Shown here piece after piece: positions 1 through 5,886 of a stretch of 64,000 bases of DNA (position 1 is its first letter; each line of letters starts with the position of its first letter). The notes beneath the pieces are model-generated. The model was not told the origin of the DNA. It searched no databases and was given only the letters and a program-made list of their open reading frames with translations. This DNA is from Patescibacteria group bacterium. Its GTDB lineage: Bacteria > Patescibacteriota > Patescibacteriia > PEXW01. Both the position numbers and the translations under genes were made by a program. The DNA lies in assembly GCA_038063455.1 (NCBI GenBank), contig JBBTVB010000004.1, forward strand, positions 75-64,074. Reading direction: 5' to 3'.

Positions 1-187
<187 letters not shown>

Positions 188-475
188 ATAAAAGTTTATC
201 GCAGAAAACTTTAAAAAACTGGATGCGACCCGAAGGCCACACCGGAAGTTAAACTCTTTGAATTGACGTTCTCTATTCCTTACCACTCTTTAGTTGTCAA
301 CGTTCGGGGCCGGGGAAGAAAAAACAGGGAGGCCGCAAAGGGCTTCACTGTTCTTTCTGCAATCCCGCTGGGCGGGATTGAAATGTTTCGTAAGAAATTG
401 TGCTACCGAATGTACTGTTGCATTACGTCCAGTGCATTATCGGTTTCCGTAGCATACCGAAGCAGGCCAAGCCTG

Positions 476-1777
476 TCAAGGGGTGTCTGCCTGGCTTACC
501 GTGAGTTGGTGGCGGTGGTAAAAAACCGCTCCCGCAATGGCCGTAAGGCCAATAATGGCACCCAAGCCGGCAATAACTGCCGGTACAGGCACTATGCCGC
601 TCAAGGCCCCAATGGCCACCACCGGCAGGAAGGCAAAGAGGTTTTGGACCGTATTCTGCAGACCAAAGACCCGACCTTGCTCTTCGTTCGGCGTGCGTTC
701 TTGCAAGGCAGTCTGCGCTGAAACCAAAATGAATGGGTCGGCAAAACCTGACGCCCCGGCCAAGAGCATGACGAGCACTAGACGTACCCCGTCTGGGGTA
801 AACCCGGGAACCGTACCGGACAGCCAATGGGTGAGCGGCACAATGGCAACCGCAAACATAAGTGCGAGTGCATCCAAGGTAATGCCGAAGTTTACCAGCC
901 GGTGCTTAGGCACGGACCGCTTGAGCCGGTTGGCCAAAGCTACGCCAAGCAGCGTGCCTACAGCCGTCGGCAAAATAAACACCAAGGTTATATCCCGCAC
1001 CCGGAAACCGAGAAAGTCGAGTGCGAACGACGGCATGAGCGAGGCGAACGATTTTTCCACGGCAATAAGGATGGAAACCTGCAGCAGCAAGACGGCAATG
1101 AGCGCGTCTTTGCGTACGTACTGCACGCCCTCCACAAACCGCACCCATACGAGTCGTAGCTGGCGGCCGAGCGCCAAGCGCGGACCATTGAGCTTGGCTA
1201 AGTGGTCGGCCAGTTGGGGTAAGCGGGACGCGGCAAAAGCAGCGATTATATAACACCCCAAACCAATAGCGTACGTAAGCCGACCCCCCAACGCATCAAC
1301 CAGCGGGGCAGCCAAGCCGTAGCCAACCAAAAACATTGCGTATGTGGTCAGCGTAAAAAAAGAGTTTGCCGCAAAGAGCTTCTCTTTAGGCACCACCTGT
1401 GGAATTGCCGCCGAGGTGGCCGGGGTAAACAACTGCGAAAGCGTGTGCATGGCAAAAGCGGCAATCAGCACGCCTATAGTCCAGTCTGCCAGCAAAATAG
1501 CAAGCAACACGCTGGCCGCGCGCGTAAGGTGGACGAAGAGTAAAACCCGCCGCCGGTCGTAGCTGTCGGCCAAGACGCCAGCGACGGAAGAAAAAAGAAT
1601 GGGCGGGATGCTCTGCATGCCCACCAAAATGGCGACCGCCGCGTTCGACTTGGAATGCTCGTACACTGCCAGCACAAAAGCAAACGTCAAAATGTTGGTG
1701 GCGGCCAGGGAAAAAACCTGCCCGGCCCACAGCTTGCGAAACGCTGGGAAGCGGAGAACCGAGGCGTCAACCTTCAT
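476..1777 (-). CDS. MFS-type transporter
   Basis: Long track ORF made of about 12 hydrophobic segments. Start moved to ATG 1777 (MKVDASVLRFPAFRKLWAGQ), which overlaps the trmD stop as ATGA. Confidence 0.8.
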   Translation of the reverse strand: MKVDASVLRFPAFRKLWAGQVFSLAATNILTFAFVLAVYEHSKSNAAVAILVGMQSIPPILFSSVAGVLADSYDRRRVLLFVHLTRAASVLLAILLADWTIGVLIAAFAMHTLSQLFTPATSAAIPQVVPKEKLFAANSFFTLTTYAMFLVGYGLAAPLVDALGGRLTYAIGLGCYIIAAFAASRLPQLADHLAKLNGPRLALGRQLRLVWVRFVEGVQYVRKDALIAVLLLQVSILIAVEKSFASLMPSFALDFLGFRVRDITLVFILPTAVGTLLGVALANRLKRSVPKHRLVNFGITLDALALMFAVAIVPLTHWLSGTVPGFTPDGVRLVLVMLLAGASGFADPFILVSAQTALQERTPNEEQGRVFGLQNTVQNLFAFLPVVAIGALSGIVPVPAVIAGLGAIIGLTAIAGAVFYHRHQLTVSQADTP

Positions 1778-2421
1778 ACAGTACGGTACTTTGCATGTGC
1801 TTCCCGCCACTTTTTAATAGCGGCATGGTCGCCAGAGAGCAACTGCTTGGGCACGCGCTTGCGCTTGAATACCTCGGGCCGGGTGTACTGGGGATATTCT
1901 AACCAGCCCGGCGTGCGGTGGGACTCATCGGCCGAAGATTCGTCCTTGCCCAGCACACCAGGAAGCAGCCGCGCTACCGCATCGACGACGACCATAGCGC
2001 CGAGCTCGCCACCAGTAAGCACGTAGTCGCCAATGGAGATTTCTTCATCCACATAGTCGAGCACGCGCTCGTCAATGCCTTCGTACCGGCCGGGGATGAG
2101 GATAATTTGGTCGAGCTTGGTCCACTGCCGCACCATAGCTTGCGTGAGCGGTTTGCCTTTGGCGGCGAACAAAATGACTTTTACTTTTTTCTTTTTCAAC
2201 TTTACTGTGTTAATCGCTTTCACGAGCGGCTCCGGTTTCATCACCATGCCCGGCCCGCCGCCGTACGGCCGGTCGTCCACGGTGCGGTGCTTGTCCGTGG
2301 TCCAGGTGCGAAGGTTATGAATCTTCACGCTGAATTTCTTCTGCCCCTGCCCACGGCCAAGAATACTCTGGTTAAGGTAGCCGAAAGCGTCGGGCAGGAT
2401 GGTGATGATGTCGAAACGCAT
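1774..2421 (-). CDS. trmD: tRNA (guanine37-N1)-methyltransferase
   Basis: MRFDIITILPDAF...RPYGGGPGMVM...IPGRYEGIDERV...SIGDYVLTGGE are TrmD signatures. Start set at ATG 2421; the upstream track extension covers a repeat element. Confidence 0.93.
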   Translation of the reverse strand: MRFDIITILPDAFGYLNQSILGRGQGQKKFSVKIHNLRTWTTDKHRTVDDRPYGGGPGMVMKPEPLVKAINTVKLKKKKVKVILFAAKGKPLTQAMVRQWTKLDQIILIPGRYEGIDERVLDYVDEEISIGDYVLTGGELGAMVVVDAVARLLPGVLGKDESSADESHRTPGWLEYPQYTRPEVFKRKRVPKQLLSGDHAAIKKWREAHAKYRTV

Positions 2422-2446
2422 GGGGGTATTGTAACACGCGAATTCC

Positions 2447-2528
2447 CGTAGGGGTCGAGCTTGCTCGACCCTCAGTCTACAGGGCAGAGCCGCCGCCGTT
2501 GGCGGGGTAAACAAGCTCTGCCCTTACG
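2447..2528. repeat. Three-stem structured element, copy 1 (P1 CGTAG/TTACG, P2 GGTCGAG-cttg-CTCGACC, P3 GGGCAGAGC...GCTCTGCCC with an inserted CCGCC-gtt-GGCGG hairpin)
   Basis: Nested inverted repeats read directly from the sequence. Homologous to 12923-12978. Confidence 0.7.
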
Positions 2529-2559
2529 CCCATTTCTATCATTACTTTCTGAAACGACA

Positions 2560-2594
2560 AATAAAAAAACATCGAGCTGACAGGGCTCGATGTT
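2560..2594 (-). terminator. Rho-independent terminator of micro-ORF unit 3
   Basis: Minus strand: AACATCGAGCcctgtcaGCTCGATGTT followed by TTTTTTATTT. Confidence 0.65.
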
Positions 2595-2616
2595 TAAAGA
2601 ACTTCGCCGGTCGAGG

Positions 2617-2712
2617 CTAGATTTCGTCTGACGGCTCGCAGCGATTGCGCCACTCGCCGGTCATCAATCCAAACGGACTGATATCTCCAGTCATCATGTT
2701 CCTGCAACCCAT
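2617..2712 (-). CDS. Micro-ORF 3 (31 aa, MGCRNMMTGDISPFGLMTGEWRNRCEPSDEI)
   Basis: GAAGGAG lies 6 nt upstream of the ATG. The unit has its own leader hairpin plus A-run and its own terminator. No homology recognised. Confidence 0.35.
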   Translation of the reverse strand: MGCRNMMTGDISPFGLMTGEWRNRCEPSDEI

Positions 2713-2790
2713 TACAGGCTCCTTCTTTTTGGCTACACGACATTGCGTAGCTGGTGTGAAAGTATCACACACAAAATAGCATATCGAGTA

Positions 2791-2826
2791 TAAAAAGAGG
2801 GCAGTTGCGTACGTACACAGCTGCCC
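2791..2826 (-). terminator. Rho-independent terminator of micro-ORF unit 2
   Basis: Minus strand: GGGCAGCTGTGTACGTACGCAACTGCCC followed by TCTTTTTAT. Confidence 0.6.
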
Positions 2827-2943
2827 CATGGTTGCATTTGCATCGCCCTGTGTAGGGCTTAGCAACCAGTGTCGCCGCCAAAAAGAATGTGGCCTTCGTC
2901 ACCACCGCCATTAGCGGTACAGATGGATAGCCTCAGCACGATG

Positions 2944-3009
2944 TTAACCTCCGTCCGTAAGGTCCGACAGTGCCTGCTGGCCATCGTAAGGGTCGAGTAC
3001 CTTGGGCAT
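2944..3009 (-). CDS. Micro-ORF 2 (21 aa, MPKVLDPYDGQQALSDLTDGG); a second SD+GTG ORF follows at 2859-2939 (VLRLSICTANGGGDEGHILFGGDTGC)
   Basis: GGAGG lies 4 nt before ATG 3009. GGAGG lies 8 nt before GTG 2939. A promoter-like TTGCAC-N16-TATACT sits upstream. Confidence 0.3.
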   Translation of the reverse strand: MPKVLDPYDGQQALSDLTDGG

Positions 3010-3137
3010 AGATCCTCCAAGTTGTGGGTGAAAGAACGTTTTTTTGCACCACTTTGGTACGGAATAAGTATAGGATATACGTAAAGGAGTGCAACTAGAG
3101 TACTACACTCGATTATAAAACTCGGGGTCGGAGTGAC

Positions 3138-3170
3138 AAATAAAAAGGCGAGTGTACGTGTACACCCGCC
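3138..3170 (-). terminator. Rho-independent terminator of micro-ORF unit 1
   Basis: Minus strand: GGCGGGTGTACACGTACACTCGCC followed by TTTTTATTT. Confidence 0.65.
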
Positions 3171-3193
3171 TGCTTCCAACCTGTTAGAAGCAA

Positions 3194-3280
3194 CTATTCA
3201 CCTGTATCCGGATAGCAAAACGGCCCCGGATAAAGATCAAAGTCTTGCACGCGAAAAACGAAGTCTTGCATGCGACGCAT
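3194..3280 (-). CDS. Micro-ORF 1 (28 aa, MRRMQDFVFRVQDFDLYPGPFCYPDTGE)
   Basis: AAGGAGG lies 5 nt upstream of the ATG. Promoter-like TTGCGC-N16-TATACT, leader hairpin GTACCagagcGGTAC plus A7, and its own terminator. Confidence 0.35.
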   Translation of the reverse strand: MRRMQDFVFRVQDFDLYPGPFCYPDTGE

Positions 3281-3409
3281 TTGAGCCTCCTTGAGGAGTT
3301 GAACAGAACTTTTTTTGTACCGCTCTGGTACGCACGTGAGTATATACCGTGCAGTAAATCGCGCAACAAAAAACTCCCGGTTAGAGCCGAGAGTCTTCGT
3401 GCTGATGTA

Positions 3410-3766
3410 CTAAAGTTTTAGATCATCCGCCAGGTCGCCGCCAGTCTGTGGCATTGGCGCTGGCTGGTCGGCCATGGGCTTGCCGCCCATCTCGCCTTTA
3501 AACTTTCGGTAGCCTTCGGGTTCGTAGATCTTCATGTTCACGCGGGCGTGGTTCTTGGCCCCCACCACGCGGAGCAGCGTGCGGATACTCTTGGCGGTCT
3601 GGCCCTGGCGGCCAATAACCTGGCCCAAATCCTGCGGGTTAACGTGCAGCGTGCAGAGCACGCCCATGTCGTCGACGGTGCGTTCCACTTTCACATCGTT
3701 TGGATTGTCTACAATTGACTTGACCACAAACTCCACAAACTGTGCATCCTGGTGCTGTTCTTCCAT
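3410..3766 (-). CDS. KH-domain RNA-binding protein (YlqC/UPF0109-like) with C-terminal extension
   Basis: VIGRQGQTAKSIRTLL is a GXXG KH motif. Position next to rpsP is typical. AAGGA SD precedes the ATG. Confidence 0.85.
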   Translation of the reverse strand: MEEQHQDAQFVEFVVKSIVDNPNDVKVERTVDDMGVLCTLHVNPQDLGQVIGRQGQTAKSIRTLLRVVGAKNHARVNMKIYEPEGYRKFKGEMGGKPMADQPAPMPQTGGDLADDLKL

Positions 3767-3848
3767 ACATCCTTGTTTTTAAGTGCGAGCTTGCCGTGAA
3801 TCGGAGCCCCCCCCCCCGCTTGCCGGGGAAGCGACTGGTTCACGGTAA

Positions 3849-3880
3849 ACAAAAAATAGCAGGGCATGCGCTGCCTGTCA
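3849..3880 (-). terminator. Hairpin plus T-run terminator after the 3955-4746 gene
   Basis: Minus strand: GACAGGCAGCGCATGCCCTGCT followed by ATTTTTTGTTT. The flanks duplicate those of the rpsP terminator. Confidence 0.6.
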
Positions 3881-3954
3881 AAATGGAATAAAAAACCGGG
3901 GTAGCTAGGCTACTCCCGGTGTAAAAACGATTCAGTTTCCGCTGTGATTTCGAT

Positions 3955-4746
3955 TTAGGCGGAAGAATCAGTGGCATCCATCAATCTAGTGGGCGGATCA
4001 GCAAGGCCGTTCTTCACGGCTGGAATATTACCGATAAAGACGTACGGAACGTCTTGTCCTCCGCTGTCTTCACATGTTTGCTGCAAAGTACGATCTGTCA
4101 TATTCATTGTCGGTGTTACTACATCGGTACGCCAGCTATTTTGAATAGCGATGTAGCCAAAATTCAAGCGGTGCGCTGGCAAGCCATTCGAAGTCGACGT
4201 CACAATGTCTGCCGGGGTCAGGTTACCTCCGAAACCTGATGCCGAACTCATAATGTTCACACGAGGATTTAGGGACGCTGTCCCAAAAATTTCGCTGCTT
4301 GCTGCGGGTGGGCTGCCACGAAGAGTGACGGCACCAGGTGAACTTCTGTTGATATCCATCTGCGGGCGTGAAGGGCGCTTAGTGTCTAACAAAGTCACAA
4401 TCGGGGCCATAGTGGTAGCCATACCGAAGATGTCTATGCCAAGCGGGCGTCCAATGCCGTTATGGACCATCGATCTGATGTCGATCCGAAAATCATTGTT
4501 TGCATTCATCGCGCCAAACAAAACCGATGTAGGCGGCGATGTAGACGTCATTGCAAAATTTGCGTCGCAGCAGTGACATGACGCGTCACAACGAACAACG
4601 CATAACGTCGCGGATGGCCTCTGATTACTGGTAATGGTCGCGGCCTGGGAAATGTCGGCTCCCGGTGGCGACAGAGTAGCAAAAAGACTGCCACTCATGA
4701 AAACAACCAATACAGTAAGCAGGGCCGTGCGCAGAATTTTCTCCAT
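3955..4746 (-). CDS. Secreted or membrane-anchored hypothetical protein with a Cys cluster (CVVRCDASCHCCD)
   Basis: N-terminal hydrophobic signal/anchor MEKILRTALLTVLVVFMSGSLFA. GGAG SD lies 7 nt before ATG 4746. No family recognised. Confidence 0.6.
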   Translation of the reverse strand: MEKILRTALLTVLVVFMSGSLFATLSPPGADISQAATITSNQRPSATLCVVRCDASCHCCDANFAMTSTSPPTSVLFGAMNANNDFRIDIRSMVHNGIGRPLGIDIFGMATTMAPIVTLLDTKRPSRPQMDINRSSPGAVTLRGSPPAASSEIFGTASLNPRVNIMSSASGFGGNLTPADIVTSTSNGLPAHRLNFGYIAIQNSWRTDVVTPTMNMTDRTLQQTCEDSGGQDVPYVFIGNIPAVKNGLADPPTRLMDATDSSA

Positions 4747-4974
4747 GCACAACTCCTATGTGTTGATGTTCAGGTGAACTGTTGACATCAATCTGCTGAA
4801 TCGCACGCCATTATAAACGCTAGATGTTTTTCTCTCCTTTCTTATCTAGCGGGGCTTCTCATGATGGGTGCGTTGCCCCTCCTGTGGCAAAGCAGATTCT
4901 TTATCCTTGTCAAAAAAACTATCGAGATTTTGTCTTACTGATAATGAAAACATAATTACGCCATCGCTGTCAAA

Positions 4975-5005
4975 CACAAAAAATAGCAGGGGACTACCCT
5001 GCTGT
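4975..5005 (-). terminator. Rho-independent terminator after rpsP
   Basis: Minus strand: AGCAGGGtagtCCCCTGCT followed by ATTTTTTGTG. Confidence 0.65.
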
Positions 5006-5026
5006 CAAAATGCATGAAAAGTTTGC

Positions 5027-5521
5027 TTACGCTGCTGGCGCTTCTTCCTTCTTCTCCTCGGCCTTCACTTCAGCTACTGGGGCTTCAGCAGGCTTTTCTT
5101 CAACCTTGGGCTCTTCCACCTTTGGAGCCTCTGCTTTGGGTGCCTCGACTTTTGCTTCAACTACAGGCTCGGCCTTCGGTTCTTCAGCTTTGGCCTCCGC
5201 CTTTGGCGCGTCAGCTTTCTTCACCTGGGCAACCGGCTCTTCTTTGGGTTTCTTCGCATGGGCCACTACAACTTTCTCGCCCTTAATAACGCCAGCGCCA
5301 ACCAAGAGGTTATGGACGGTGGGGGACGGCTGCGCCCCTTTGCTCAGCCAAAACTGCACGCGGTCGGCTTTTACCTCGACTTTGGTGGGGTTCATGTGCG
5401 GATCGTACCAGCCCAGCACTTCGAGGGCCGGACCAATAGTGTCTTTCCGTTTATCGGACACGATAAAGCGGAAAGAGGCGTGATTTTTCTTACCGACACG
5501 AGAAAGACGAATGGAAACCAT
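5027..5521 (-). CDS. rpsP: 30S ribosomal protein S16 with a long Ala/Lys/Glu/Pro-rich C-terminal tail
   Basis: MVSIRLSRVGKKNHASFRFIVSDKRKDTIGPALEVLGWYDP is the S16 core. Start set at ATG 5521. Confidence 0.93.
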   Translation of the reverse strand: MVSIRLSRVGKKNHASFRFIVSDKRKDTIGPALEVLGWYDPHMNPTKVEVKADRVQFWLSKGAQPSPTVHNLLVGAGVIKGEKVVVAHAKKPKEEPVAQVKKADAPKAEAKAEEPKAEPVVEAKVEAPKAEAPKVEEPKVEEKPAEAPVAEVKAEEKKEEAPAA

Positions 5522-5632
5522 AGTGGGGACAGTGTAATAGATTGTGGCGGGATGGTCAAGACATGACTGGCCAACCTCACCCGCCCCTCGACAATCTCGG
5601 GGCACCCTCTCCTACTAGAAGGGGGGGTTAAA

Positions 5633-5833
5633 AGCATTTTACTTTTTAGTACATCCTGGGGGTCTGGGGGTTCGAAAAGCGGACCCTCAGTATGCAAGTT
5701 TTGGCTTCCTACCCTGCGTACGCGTTTGAGAACCCCCAGCACTCTTTAGGCGCCACCCTTTCTTGGGTAAGAAAGGGTGGCAAATGCGTGACTGACCTAC
5801 CGTACCCGAAGAAACATGACTTCGTCGTCACGT
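5633..5833. repeat. About 200-bp structured repeat, copy A (inverted relative to copy B at 16928-17124)
   Basis: The 104-bp core 5731-5833 differs at 3 positions from the reverse complement of copy B. Contains the 13-bp-stem hairpin GCCACCCTTTCTT-gggt-AAGAAAGGGTGGC. Confidence 0.85.
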
Positions 5834-5886
5834 AGGAATGCGAGATTCCTCGTTACACTCGGAATGACAAGAGGGACTTAAGACAA

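Noticed and set aside
423-1817. Multiple overlapping track ORFs on both strands (423-827, 537-1253, 827-1159, 906-1256 and others) inside the MFS transporter gene. Similar stacks lie over gyrA, smc, the glycan cluster and 17182-18153.
   Set aside because: These are GC-rich shadow ORFs. They have Arg/Pro/Ala-skewed implausible sequences and no SD or promoter, and each is fully contained in a longer ORF with clear family motifs.
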